NCBI RefSeq assembly: GCF_009914755.1 | Contig: NC_060929.1 | Length of the DNA: 64,000 bases | Direction: 5' to 3' (one strand) | Source of the DNA: the human T2T-CHM13v2.0 reference genome, Homo sapiens | The notes under the pieces: generated by a model | What the model was told of the DNA's origin: nothing | Database searches by the model: none | Seen by the model: the letters and a program-made list of their open reading frames with translations, nothing else | Program-made: the position numbers and the translations under genes | In this document: one piece after another, positions 1-14,077 of the stretch | Numbering within the stretch: the first letter of the stretch is position 1 | Layout of the letters: each line of letters opens with the position of its first letter

Positions 1-744
1 GGGGTTCAAAACTTCAGTAGAGGAAGAAACTCCAGATGTGATAGAAATAGCAAGATAACTAAAATTAGAAGCGGATCATGAAGATGTAACTGAATTGTTT
101 CAATCTTAGGATAAAACTTGAGCAGATGGAGAGTTGTTTCTTAAGGATAAGCAAAGAAAGTGGTTCCTTGAGATGAAAACTACTTCTGGTGAGGATGCTG
201 TGAACATTGTTCATATGGCAGCAAAGAATTTAGAATATTCCAAAAACTTAGTTGATAAAGCAGAGGCAGAGTTTGAGAGGATTGACTCCAGTTTTGAAAG
301 ACATTCTACTGTGGATAAAATTCTATCACACAGCATTGCATGCTACAGAAAAATATTTCATGAAAGGAAAAATAAATAGATATGACAAGCTTCATTGTTA
401 TCTTAAGTACCTGCCACAGTCATCCCAACCTTGAACAGCCACCACCCTGATCAGTCAGCAGCCATCAACATCAAGGCAAGATTCTCCATTGTCAAAAAGA
501 TTAGGACTTGCTGAAGGTTCACATAATCATTAGCATTTTTTAGCAATAAAGTATTTTTATTTAAAGTATGTAGATTGCTGTTTAGACATAATAATACTGC
601 ATACTTAATAGACTGCAGTATAGTGTAAACACAACTTTTATATGCACTGTGAAACCAACAAATTCATGAGACTCACTTTATTGCAATATTCACTTTATTA
701 TGACAGTATGGGACAAAATTTTCAGCATCACTGAGCTATGTCTG
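1..744 (+). mobile_element. Tigger1 DNA transposon, 3' portion (runs off window start)
   Basis: Matches Tigger1 3' region; ORF 134-379 resembles the decayed transposase tail; degenerate TIR 'ctgagctatgtctg' followed by TA; homologous to the 3' part of 21038-23529. Confidence 0.9.
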
Positions 745-872
745 TATTTAATTTGCTTCTATTTTCTGTATGGCATAAGTCACATAAGAGCATGGTTGGT
801 GTTTATGTGGTTAGACAGTGTTTGGCATTGTTTATTGAATTTGCTAACAAATATCTGCCTAGGTTAAGATAG

Positions 873-1411
873 GGAGAAGTGAAGCCAGCTGGGCTTCTGG
901 GTCTGGTGGGGACTTGGAGAACTTTTCTGTCTAGCTAGAGGATTGTAAATGCACCAATCAGCATTCTGTAAAAATAGACCAATCAGCATTCTGTAAAAAC
1001 GGACTAATTAGCACTCTGTAAAATGGACGAGTCAGCACTCTGTAAAATGGACCAATCAGCAGGACATGGGTGGGGCCAAATAAGGGAATAAAGGCTGGCT
1101 ACCCCAGCCAGCAGCAGCAACCTGCTTGGGTCTCCTTCCGTTGGTGTGGAAGCCGTGTTCTTTCGCTCTTCATAATAAATCTTGCTGCTGCTTACTCTTT
1201 GGGTCCACAGCGACTTTAAGAGTGGCTTTATTCCTGAAGTCAGCGAGAACACGAACCCACTGGCAGGAGCAAACAACTCCGGACGTGGCACCTTTAAGAG
1301 CTGTAACACTCACTGCGAGGACCGTGGCTTCATTCTTGAAGTCAATGAGACCAAGAACCCACCAGAAGGAAGAAACTCCGGACACATCTGAAGGAACCAA
1401 CTCTGGACACA
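873..1411 (+). mobile_element. LTR12 (ERV9) solo LTR
   Basis: Begins (t/g)gagaagtgaagccagctgggcttc, repeated ccaatcagc units, ends ...ggacaca; 4-bp TSD ATAG at 869-872 and 1412-1415. Confidence 0.92.
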
Positions 1412-1681
1412 ATAGTACCTACATTCTTATCTCCCCATTGAGCTCCTCTGCTTTTTCTTCAGTTGTTTATTTATGGGTTAGTTTTGTCACAGCCAAAGCA
1501 GTCTTTGCACTGGATTCATGCTTCTAGTTCCACTTGATTTTTTAAAAATATTTAATTAAAAGGATCTAGTTCTATGTTTTTGTGTTTAATTACGTTAGTG
1601 ATAAAAACATTGTGAGCTTAATGAATAAAAAAAATTCAATTGGAATATTTCATAGTATTTTATTACTAAAGTTATCATTTA

Positions 1682-1974
<293 letters not shown>

Positions 1975-2199
1975 GTTATCATTAAATGCTCAACTCACAA
2001 AAATGATGTTGAAAGTAATAAAAAAAAAAACTTAAATCCCCAAACCAGTAAAATAATAACACATGGAAATTTGCCAAAGCAGATGACACTCTATAAACTT
2101 CCCATGATTTGAACTTCCCACAAATTTTGTAGGGGTTACCTCTGGGACCCCCTATTCAAAATTCACAGTTTATAATTTTATGTATTTTTATATATTTTG

Positions 2200-2675
2200 T
2201 TTTTTCATAGTATCTCTTAAACATACAGTTTGTTTTGTAGCTTTTTAAAATTGATGTCAACAATTTTATATTGTATTTTTTAGCACCTGGTTTTTTTCAC
2301 TCAACATTATAGTTATAGGTTCATCCATATTTTATGTTGCTTTAGTTAATTGTTTTTACTGTTGTAGGATGATATTTAAGCTATTTCAAATTTTTTAACG
2401 TTTAATACAATTCTTCCCATAAATATAACTTAAATGTCTTTGTAAATATTTATCTGAGAGCTTCTCTAAACAATATACCTATGTGTGGAATGGCTAGGTC
2501 ACAATTTTTATACGTGTTTGACTGTACTAGTTATCCCATATTATTCTCAAAGCTGATTGTACCAACTTACTGCCCTAACACTAGTTTAGTAGATGTATTG
2601 TTTTACATCCTGATCAAATTTTTTATTGTTCTATTATATCATTCTATTTTTATCATATTATCAAATTTTAAATCA
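2200..2675 (-). mobile_element. Old L1M 3' fragment
   Basis: Degenerate L1M 3' motifs such as 'ttttttcactcaacattat...ttcatccata' and 'tggaatggctaggtcac'. Confidence 0.55.
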
Positions 2676-2724
2676 TTCTAATATAAAGACGCATGCATGT
2701 GTAGGTTCATTGCAGCACTATTTA

Positions 2725-3018
<294 letters not shown>

Positions 3019-3088
3019 TCATGTCCTTTGCAGAAACATAGTTGGAGCTGGAGGCCATTATCTTTAGCAAACTAATTCAGGAACAGAA

Positions 3089-3219
3089 TTGATAAATTGA
3101 CCTGTTTATTACTTTCTGATAACCTTTTTGTCTCTTGTGGCAATTTTAAGTTGAAGAACATTAGTAAAACTTACTGCTGCCTATTTTTTTCTCTGTTACA
3201 CTAATCACCTGTATCCTGC
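3089..3219 (-). repeat. Inverted local copy of 3988-4118
   Basis: Reverse complement aligns over ~131 bp with about 9 differences by eye. Confidence 0.9.
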
Positions 3220-3630
3220 ATGTTCTCTCTTTTAAATGGGAGCTACAAGATGAGAACACATGGACACATAGAGAGGCACAACACACACTGGGGCCTACCT
3301 GAGAGTGGAGGGTGGGAGGAAGGAGAGGAGCAGGAAAAATAACTAATGGATACTAGGCTTAATATCTGGATGATGAAATAATCTGTACAGCAAACCCCCA
3401 TGACACACTTTTACCTATGTAACAAACCTGCACATACTCCACATGTACCTCTGAACTTAAAACAAAAATTAAAAAAAGAAACACATTTTTAAATAGCATC
3501 ATACTAGCACCATGGACAACAAAGTGCATAAATCTTACTAAAAGTTGACTGATAAATGCACCTTTTGGAAGACTATATACAGCATTATGCAAATTCCTTT
3601 TTGAAAGCTAGGAAATAGTAATCTCAAAAT

Positions 3631-3960
3631 TAGACTGCAGTATAGTGTAAACATAACTTTTATATGTACTGTGAAACCAAGAAATTCATGTGACTCACTT
3701 TATTGCAATATTCACTTTATTGTGATGGTATGGGACAAAACTTTCACATCACTGAGCTATGCTTGTATTTATTTTGCTTCTATTTTCTCTATGGCATAAG
3801 TCACATAAGAGCATGGTTGGTGTTTATCTGGTTAGACCCAGAGCTAGACACAGAGCGCTGAGTGGTGCATTTACAATCCTCTAGCTAGACAGAAAAGTTC
3901 TCCAAGTCCCCACCAGACCCAGAAGCCCAGCTGGCTTCACCTCTCACTATCTTAACCTAG
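3631..3960. repeat. Composite local duplication: direct copy of 609-816 plus inverted copy of ~859-962
   Basis: Direct alignment including non-repeat flanks; about 14 differences in 208 bp for the direct part. Confidence 0.92.
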
Positions 3961-4057
3961 CCAGGAAAGTGGTTCTCTCTCTGGGAAGCAGGATACAGGT
4001 GATTAGTGTAAGAGAGAAAAAAATAGGCAGCAGTGAGTTTTATTAATGTTCTTCAAC

Positions 4058-5187
4058 TTAAAACTGCCACAAGAGACAATAAGGTTATTAGACAGTAATA
4101 AATGGGTCAATTTATCAAGAGGTCTAGCAATTGTAAATATATGTGCACCCAACATTGGAACTCCTAAATTAAAACATGAAAACAGAATTGAATCAACATA
4201 GCAGTATAGAAGTAGTGGAAGACTTTAACAACTCACTTTCAACAATGGATAGATCATTCATACAGACAATCGATAAAGAAGAAACAGACTTGAACAACAG
4301 TATAGACCAAGTGAATCTCAGACATATATAGAACATTCCATCCAACTGTAGCAGCATGAATATTCTTCTCAAGAGCACACAAAACATTTTCCAGGAAAGA
4401 TCACACATTAGACCACAAAATCAGTCTTAAAAATTTAAGAAGATTGAAGTTATATCAACTGTATTTTCTGACCACAATGGTATGAAACTAAAACACAATA
4501 ACAGGAAAAAAAAAAAAAGGAAAAATTCACAAATATGTGAAAATTAAGCAACACTCTCCTGAACAACCAATAGGTTGAAGAAGTCAAAGGGATATAAAAA
4601 TAATCTAAGGACAAACAAACAACCTAAATGTCTATTGATAGATGAATATATTAGAAAACATGGTATATACATATACAGATATGTATATACACATACATAT
4701 ACATACATGATGGAATATTATCCAGCTTTAGAAAATAATAAAATTATGCCATTTGCAAAAACACTGATGGACCTTGGGAACATTATGCTAAGTGAAGTAA
4801 ATCAGATACAGAACAACAAATACTGCATAATCTCACTCGTTTGTAGAATCTAAAATAGTCAAATTCATAGAAGCAGAGTAGAATGATGGTTAACGGTGGC
4901 TGAGGGGAGTTGAAAATGGGGGAGGTGACGATCAAAGGGTACAGAGTTTCAGTTATGTAAGGTAAATAAGTTCTGAATATCTAATGTACTTGATGGTGAC
5001 TATAATTGGTAATAGTGTATTGAATACTAACAGAACAGATCTTAAATGTCTTCACTACTCACATAAAATGGTAATTATGTAGGGTGATGATATGTTAATT
5101 AGTTTGGTAGTAGTAATCCTTTCACCATGCATATATATATTAAATCATCAAGTTTTAAACCTTAAATATATATAAGTAAAAAAAATT
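4058..5187 (+). mobile_element. L1M element: ORF2 endonuclease-region fragment joined to an L1MA/MB-type 3' end (large internal deletion near 4610)
   Basis: 'aaatatatgtgcacccaacattgga' and 'gaagattgaagttatatcaac' (EN region), then 'aacctaaatgtctattgatagatgaat...gggtacagagtttcagttatg' (3' end). Confidence 0.8.
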
Positions 5188-5230
5188 ACCAAAGAGCAGA
5201 AGACAGATATATTTCTATAAAGGCCTTCCT

Positions 5231-5514
5231 GGCTGGGCGCGGATTACACCCGTAATCCCAGCACTTTGGGAGGCCAAGGTGGGCAGATCACGAGGTCAGG
5301 AGATCGAGACCATCCTGGCTAACACAGTGAAGCCCCATCTCTACTAAAAATACAAAAAAATTACCCGGGCATGGTGGCAGGCTCCTGTAATCCCAGCTAC
5401 TCGGGAGGCTGAGGCAGGAGAATGGCGTGAACTCGGGAGGAGGAGCTTGCAGTAAGCTGAGATCAGCCACTGCACACCAGCCTGGGCGACAGAGTGAGAC
5501 TCCATCTCAAAAAA
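5231..5514 (+). mobile_element. AluY
   Basis: Diagnostic 'gagatcgagaccatcctggctaacac' and 'gagaatggcgtgaac...gagcttgcagt'. Confidence 0.92.
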
Positions 5515-5524
5515 GAGACGTTCC

Positions 5525-5880
5525 TGAATAGAAGGCATTAGAGTAGAAACTTAAAGAAAATAAGGAGTTGAGCAATGTCAATATGTGGAAGAAGAGTAAT
5601 TTAGCTAAGAGTAAAATAGAGGGCAATAGCCTCTCTGCACTTTGTGTGTTTGAGGAAGAGCAAGCGAGTACATGAAGCAAAGTGAGAAAAAGAAGGTAAT
5701 AATTTTGGTCAGAAACATACAGAGAGACCAGGTTATGAAGCAACATGTATGATGGGGTAAGACTTTTGGCTTCCCTTGGAGTGAAGCAGGAAGCCATTAG
5801 AAGGTTTTGAGCAGAGACCTGTTATGACTTGAGTTTTACAGAGGCATTCTGGCTGATGTGTTAAGAATAAATTACAGCTA
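5525..5880 (-). mobile_element. L2 fragment
   Basis: 'ggaagccattagaaggttttgagcaga' L2 antisense motif. Confidence 0.7.
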
Positions 5881-5889
5881 GCAAAAGAG

Positions 5890-7670
5890 ATAGGTTCCCA
5901 TTTGATTACTTGATTTATATTTTCATCATAGTGTTTTTGATAAAAAGATGTTTCCAATTTTAATCATTTTTATTCCCACAAGTGCAAATAAATATTCTTA
6001 AAATAGATTTTGATACTTTGTACAGCATTACATTTACCCTTCCTTATTCTTTTTCAATATTCTATTGACTGTTATTGACCCTTTGCTCTCCAATATAAAT
6101 CAGTATCAAGTACTTCAAATAACCATGCTCAGATTTTTGTTGAAGTTACATTGTATTTGTAGATTAATTTGGAGATAATTGATAGTCCCACAATATTGAG
6201 TGTATTTGTAAACATTGTCTATGTCTCCAGTTACTAAGTTCTTTTGAGTTTTAGATTTTTGTTGAACACAGATACTAGGCTTTTGATGCCGCTTTCATTG
6301 GGAAAAACTCATGAGCTTGGAGCCATGCTAGGATTGTAGGCCCTCCATTGAATCCTGCTCTGCACCAGAAGATAGGATATAATTGTGCCAGATATGGAAG
6401 GGGAACCTTGGACTTTGACTGAGATGGTTAAGTTTGCTTGACTAGGGAAGCCATTCTCCTCATGTGATTCAGGTTTTTCTCCAGTGACATGACATGAGAA
6501 ACCTGACATTCACCCTGTTCTGTTGTTTAAGCATTCATGGTTGGTAGAGCATCACTCTCTTCCCTGATGAGATCAGGGAACTGGGGTCTATACTTTTAAT
6601 TTTCCCCTGTGTGGAGGACAAGTGATCTGATCTCTAATGTCTATCCTCTATCAAAGTAATTGCCTGAAGAAGTTAGTGTAGTTGGTTTTTCATACAGTTT
6701 TACAGGAGCCTCCCCAGAGCATCAGTTTTGGACAAATTAACCCTTCTCAATTTTCTACATTGTGGCCATATAAATAATTTGTCATATTGACTCCCAGGTA
6801 ATATTTGTTTTTCTCATTACTGTAATTGGCATTTAAAAACATATCCAGTAACTTGGTTAAACTTTAGTTAATACTGATAATTTGTCTATATACTCTTTTG
6901 GGATTTGTCATGTGCTGAATTTTGTCCCCAAAAAATTTATATGTGGAAGTCCTAAACCCAGTACTTCCAAATGTGATGGTATTTGGAGATAAAATCTTTA
7001 AAGTGTTAAGTAAAACTGAAGTCATTAGGGTGAGTACTAATCTAATATAACTTTGAATTAGTGCCCATGTACAAAGAGGAGAATAGGATGAAGACACAGG
7101 CAGAAGGAAGATCATGTGATGACTCAGAGAGAAGATAGCCACGGACAAGACAAGGAAAGAAGCCTCGGAAGAAAACAATCCCACTGACTTCATGATTTCA
7201 GGCATCATGGCTCCAAAACTGTGAGAAAATAAGTTTCTGTTGTTTAAGCCCCGAAGTCTGTGGTAATTTGTTAAAGTAGTCCTAGAAAACTAATACAGAT
7301 TTCACATTGAATTGTGCTCCTGAGGTTTGGAAAATTCACAACCTGGTTAGCTGTATGTGGTAGTCTAGACAATCATATCATATGGAAAACACAACAACAA
7401 AAAACCCTTATTTTTTCTATATTATTATAATGCTTTTTATTTTTACTGGAATATTTAGAACTTCCAGTATAATTCTGAAAATAATCAGTGAGTGAGCATT
7501 GATGGAAAGCATCTTAAGTTTTCACCACTATGAGTGATGATTGTTATGGGTTTTTGATAAATTACCTCTATTAGGTTAAACAGTTTCCTTTAATTCTTAT
7601 TTTGTGAAGAATTTCTTCTTTTAAAATTATGAATGATTATATTTAATTTTATCTAATAGTTTCTCTGTGC
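5890..7670 (-). mobile_element. Fragmented old L1M ORF2 region, with nested inserts at ~6290-6790 and 6906-7297
   Basis: 'ttacattgtatttgtagattaatttggag' and 'ttttcaccactatgagtgatg...ggttaaacagtttcctt' resemble antisense L1 ORF2. Confidence 0.6.
6906..7297 (+). mobile_element. MLT1 (A/B-like) MaLR LTR
   Basis: tgtcatgtgctgaatt...gaagtcctaaaccc...gtgagaaaataagtttctgttgtttaagcc...aactaataca. Confidence 0.85.
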
Positions 7671-7783
7671 TAAAGTAGGATCTTTTTAACTCTACGTTCT
7701 TTTAGAAATTTTAACAACTAAAATACATATAGGTATTATTTACATTATTTAAAAAGAACGGAGAGACCAGGGTGAATATTTCT

Positions 7784-8051
7784 GTTTTTCTTTCTTTCTT
7801 TTTTTTGTTTTTGTTTTTTTGAGACGGAGGCTCACTCTGTTGTCAGGCTGGAGTGCAGTGGCATGATCTTGGCTCACTGCAACCTCCGCCTCCCAGGTTC
7901 AAGCAATTTCCAGCTAATTTTTGTATTTTTAATAGAGATGGAGTATCACCATGTGGGACGGGCTGGTCTCAAACTCCTGACCTCGAGTGATCTGCCCGCT
8001 TCAGCCTCCTAAAGTGCTGGCATTACAGGCGTGAGCCATCTTGCTTAGCTG
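7784..8051 (-). mobile_element. AluS with ~50-bp internal deletion
   Basis: Antisense Alu lacking the 'cctgcctcagcctcc...ccaccacg' segment; TSD gggtgaatatttct. Confidence 0.9.
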
Positions 8052-8346
8052 GGGTGAATATTTCTAATCCCCTACATGATTTGACTAAGTCTGATGAATA
8101 CAGACCCTGGTAATACCACTCTTGCCAGCTCTCTGCAGGTACAACCTTTGTTAATTTTATTGGTGATATCTCGCAAGCCTTACAATCCAAAAAACATACA
8201 TAACAAATATCCACTGTAGAAAAAAAATAGAGTCAGAGGCAGAGAGAAGTTACTCTTCTAAGACTGCAGCATGATATTGGGTATCAGCTCCCTATTAACT
8301 CTAATATGATGGTACAAAAATTCTCCATTAAAAATTAGCAATTGTT

Positions 8347-8727
<381 letters not shown>

Positions 8728-8864
8728 TCACCTTTTAAAAATCACACTTACAAAATACAGGGGGTTGTTATTTTAATGTATATGTTGTTTTACTTTCATA
8801 TGACGATGGCCATCTAAGATGTTCTAAGTCATCTCTCTGTAGTGTTTATTTTCAGGTTCATGTG

Positions 8865-8913
8865 GAAGTCATTGAGACCAAGAACCCACCTGAAGGAATA
8901 AATTCTGGACACA
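8865..8913 (+). mobile_element. Displaced 3' tip of the LTR12 at 9453-10205
   Basis: gaagtcattgagaccaagaacccacc...ctggacaca followed by ATAG, the TSD partner of 10206-10209. Confidence 0.85.
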
Positions 8914-9452
8914 ATAGGACTCAAAAAGACTTAATTTAGCATTATGTCTATAAGTCAAAAAAACTTCAATTACAAAAATGACTCAACCCATGCTAGTGAC
9001 AAGACTGGTAAACTTTGAGAATTTCTTCCTAGCATCAGACTAAAACAAAGTATTGTTATTTAAGTGATCTCAGTAATCTGCCTTCTTCCAAGCAACTAAA
9101 TATGTGTATTGGATTAATTAAAGAGAAATCAGAATTCTTTTTATTTTCCCCCTCAAGGTGGCTTCTCTTTATTGCCTGTGTTTGATCTGATGCCAGGTTT
9201 TCAAGATATTAAAAAGCGAGCTGAAATGTTTAGCAGATCCACAAATTTAAAGCTCTCCTCAGACACAAAAAAATCCTTGATAAGTGCCTCATGGGGCTTG
9301 TGTATAGCTTGAGAGGAAATGATTGATTAATAAAAGGTAATAATGAAGAATAAGCTTCCATGTTGGGGTCAAGGACAAGGTCAATCCTGACCTAAAGAAA
9401 TTATATTTTGCATCAAAACCCCAGATAGAATTGTGAAAAGCATCAACATGAA

Positions 9453-10205
9453 TCAATGACTTCAAGAATGAAGCCGCGGACCCTCACAATGAGTGTTACA
9501 GCTCTTAAAGATGGTGTGTCCAGAGTTTGTGACTTCAGATGTTCAGATGTGTCTGGAGGTTCTTCCTTCCAGTGGGTTCGTGGTCTCTCTGACTTCAGGA
9601 GTGAAGCCACAGACCTTCGCAGTGAGTGTCACAGCTCTTAAAGGTGGCACATCCGGAGTTGTTTGTTTCTCCCAGTGGGTTCGTGGTCTTGCTGACTTCA
9701 GGAGTAAAGCCGCAGACCTTCACAGTGAGTGTTACAGCTCATAAAGGTAGTACAGACCCAAAGAGTGAGCAGCAGCAAGATTTATCGTGAAGAGCGAAAG
9801 AACAAAGTTTCCACAGCCTGGAAGTGGATCTGGGCAGGTTGCGCTGCTGGCTCAGGTGGCCACCTTTTATTCCCTTATTTGGCTCTGCCCATGTCCTGCT
9901 GATTGGTGCATTTTACAGAGGGCTTATTGGTCTGTTTTACAGAATGCTGATTGGTGCGTTTTTACAGAGTGCTGATTGGTGCATTTACAAACCTTTAGCT
10001 AGACACAGAGAGCTGATTGGTGCGTTTTTTACAGAGTGCTGATTGCTGTGTTTACAAACCTTTAGCTACACACAGAGAGCTGATTGGTGCGTTTTTACAG
10101 AGTGCTGATTGGTGCATTTACAAACCTTTAGCTAGACACAGAGCACTGATTGGTGCATTTACAATCCCGACTAGACCTAGGAAGTCCAGCTGGCTTCACC
10201 TCTCA
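9453..10205 (-). mobile_element. LTR12 (ERV9) solo LTR lacking its 3' tip
   Basis: Tandem 'gctgattggtgc' (CCAAT) units; terminus 'ctggcttcacctctca' followed by ctat. Confidence 0.92.
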
Positions 10206-10385
10206 CTATCACTTATCAGGCAAAATGCTGACTGACATATTTAGTACAAGCTACTGTTGTACATAAATCTTACCAGAACTAGAAATATTTTCAGTTTAGC
10301 ATTTTGTGATTCATCTATAAACTAAAGTAATTATAATTTTGAGAGTTTTAGTAAGGTTTTTTTTTAATACAATTGAAAATTACTG

Positions 10386-11567
10386 CAGTTGTGGGCTACA
10401 TTACAAAGTTTTGGTCAATGATGGACCGCATATAACACAGTGGTCTCATAAGATTATAACACAGCTAAAAAATTATGTCATCCAGTGTCGTCATTGTCAT
10501 CAGAGCCATCATAACTAGCATCTCAGTGCAAGACACATTACTCATGTTTATGGTGATGGTGTAAAGAAACCTACCACTCTGCCAGTCATATAAAAGTATA
10601 GCACATGCAATTATGTGTACTCTATAATACTTGATAATAAATGATGGTTACTGGTTTATGTATTTACTATACTAAACACATGATTGTTATTTTAAAGTGT
10701 ACTCTTTCTACTTATTAAAGAAAAAGTTAACTTTAAATCAGCCTTAGGCAGATCCTTCAGGAGGTATTCCAAAAGAAGGACTTGTTATCACAGGAGATGA
10801 TAGCTCCATATGTGTTATTGCCCCTGAAGACCTTCCAGTGGTACAAAATATGGAGGTGGAAGACAGTGATATTGATGATTCTGAACCTGTGTAAGTCTAT
10901 GTTATTGTGTGTTTTGGTCTCAGTTTTTAGCAAAACAGTTTAAAAAGTAAAAATAGAAACAAAAAAACCTAAAAATAGAAAAAAGTTTACAGAATAAGGA
11001 TATCAAGAAAAAATATTTTTATACAGCTGTGCAACGTGTGTTTTAAACTGTGTTGCTACAAAAGAGCCAAAATTTTTTTAAAAGTTTGTAAAGTTAAAAA
11101 GTTATAGTATTCTAAGGTTAATTTATTACTGAATAAATTTTTTTATCAACTTAGTGTAGCCTAAATGTACAGTATTTATAAAGTCTACAGTAGTGTACAG
11201 TAATGTCCTGGGCTTTCACATTCACTCACCACTCACTCACTGACTCACCCAGAGCAACGTCCAGTCCTACAAGCTTTATTCATGGTAAGTGCCCTACATA
11301 CTGTATTTTTACTGTACCTTTTATAGGTTTAGATATGTTTAAATACACAAATACTCTTATGTTAGATTTGCTTCCGGTATTCAGTATAGCAATATGCTGG
11401 ACAGGTGTGTAGCCCAATAGCAATGGGATATACCATATAGCCTAGGTATGTAGCAGGCTATCCCATTGAGGCTTGTGAAATACATTCTGTGATATTTGCA
11501 CGACAAAAATGCTACCTAATGACTCATTTCTCAGAACATATCCCTGTCATTAACCAGCACATTACTA
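10386..11567 (+). mobile_element. Tigger3b (Golem/MER7B-type) non-autonomous DNA transposon
   Basis: 5' 'ggtcaatgatggaccgcatat...ctcataagattataa'; 3' 'catttctcagaacatatccctgtcattaa'; ~1.2 kb. Confidence 0.85.
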
Positions 11568-11677
11568 TATAATAAGCAACACATGCGTGGGTGTGTACTT
11601 GTAGGATGACTGTGACAAAAATAATATCATTTAAAATAGACAAATAATTGTAAGTTTGCCATTAAAGATTTTGTACA

Positions 11678-12013
<336 letters not shown>

Positions 12014-12089
12014 TTAAGAAGGCATTTCGTGATGTAAATTAATGCCTGTAGCAGTAGAGTTTTCAGATTTGAAAAATAGGGATGTATAG

Positions 12090-12378
12090 TAGATTTCATT
12101 ATTGGCTCTAGTTCTTCAGCCCTTCCTGCAAGCCCACCATTGTCATGGCTTCATCATGTGCACAGTGGACTTCCCTTGATCTTGAACTTAGGCATGTTAC
12201 TGGCATTAGCTGGTGAAATGTAAGCACATGTGACACTGTGCCAAGTTCAACCCCATGTCTAAAATGGCATCTCATGGAACTTGCTCTCTTGAACTTCTGA
12301 CTTTTAAATGAGAACACGTGCCCAGGCCAGCCTGCTGGTCGGAGGAGGATGAGAGATATGAGGAGCAGAGCTGCTCTG
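12090..12378 (+). mobile_element. Old MLT1 LTR fragment
   Basis: 'ccagcctgctggtcggaggaggatgagagatatgaggagcagagct' MLT1G/H/I-like motif. Confidence 0.6.
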
Positions 12379-12384
12379 TTTAAT

Positions 12385-12761
12385 TCCTACTGACTCCCAG
12401 TAAAGCTGCTTTGCCCAGGCACCAAGCCCTGCAGATGCCTGGGGGTTTTTATCCCTTGTGCGGTCTGTAGCCAACGACATCCCCGTTCAGGAGGAGGAGG
12501 AGGATAAAAGCACAGCTTCCTTGAACTAGTTCTTGCCTCTGATCTCCGGGAGGCATCAGGGAAAGACTGGGACATTGCTTGGGATAGCACTGCTTTGGTT
12601 TCTTCCTCTTCCCTTCCTGCTTCACTTAATCCCTCACTGGTCACTGGTCTCCATTGGTTCCTGGTTTGCTTAAACCCTCACTGATCACTGGTCGCTACTG
12701 GGGACACTTGTAGACAAAAGCACATCCCAGGATCTGCTTTTGGGAAATCCAACCTAACACA
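12385..12761 (+). mobile_element. ERVL LTR fragment (LTR16/LTR33-like)
   Basis: Terminus 'gatctgcttttgggaaatccaacctaacaca' typical of old ERVL LTRs. Confidence 0.5.
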
Positions 12762-13384
12762 GAAAACATATGAACACATATTTAATTAATCCAAAATCTA
12801 ATTGCCCTATCAATCTAGCACATTGCTTAGTATTTGTTGCTATATTTTCTATCTTTTATTGTGTATCTCTTTTATTCATTTTTACCTCTATGCACCTTTA
12901 TTCTATGCACTAGAATCTCACTGAAGTAATATCTGCTTTCAGCATACACATTGCATATGAAATGGAGCCCCTGTCCACAAAGAAAATAATTGGGGGATTT
13001 GCTTATACATTTTAGCAGCCTTGGCTGGAACACTAGAACTTTTTTACCAAGCATTGATTGTCCTACTGTAGAGGCTTGATCCTGCAAAGTTAGGTCTAAT
13101 CTTTTCTCGATTGTGGACAAAAAAGATAAACAATAAGAATGTCAAAGCAAAAGAAAAACTGTTTTAGTATTCTAGTTAGAACATCTTAAATGTTTATTCA
13201 TTTATATATTGCTTAATTTAAGAAATATGTATAAAGAGATGGCCATTTTTCTAGGCACTATTCTTATGGCTGAAGATACAAAGGTTTAAACAAATATCCC
13301 ACTCATTTGGGGTAGTGACAGTGGGGTGAGACAGAAAGTAAACAAATAATGATAAAAATGTCAATGAAAAGTTCTATGAAAGAA

Positions 13385-14077
<693 letters not shown>

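Noticed and set aside
1004-1527. Overlapping ORFs of up to 133 aa
   Set aside because: Read-throughs of LTR12 sequence
9890-10165. Regularly spaced direct repeats resembling a CRISPR array
   Set aside because: LTR12 U3 CCAAT tandem units; spacers are not unique, and the context is eukaryotic
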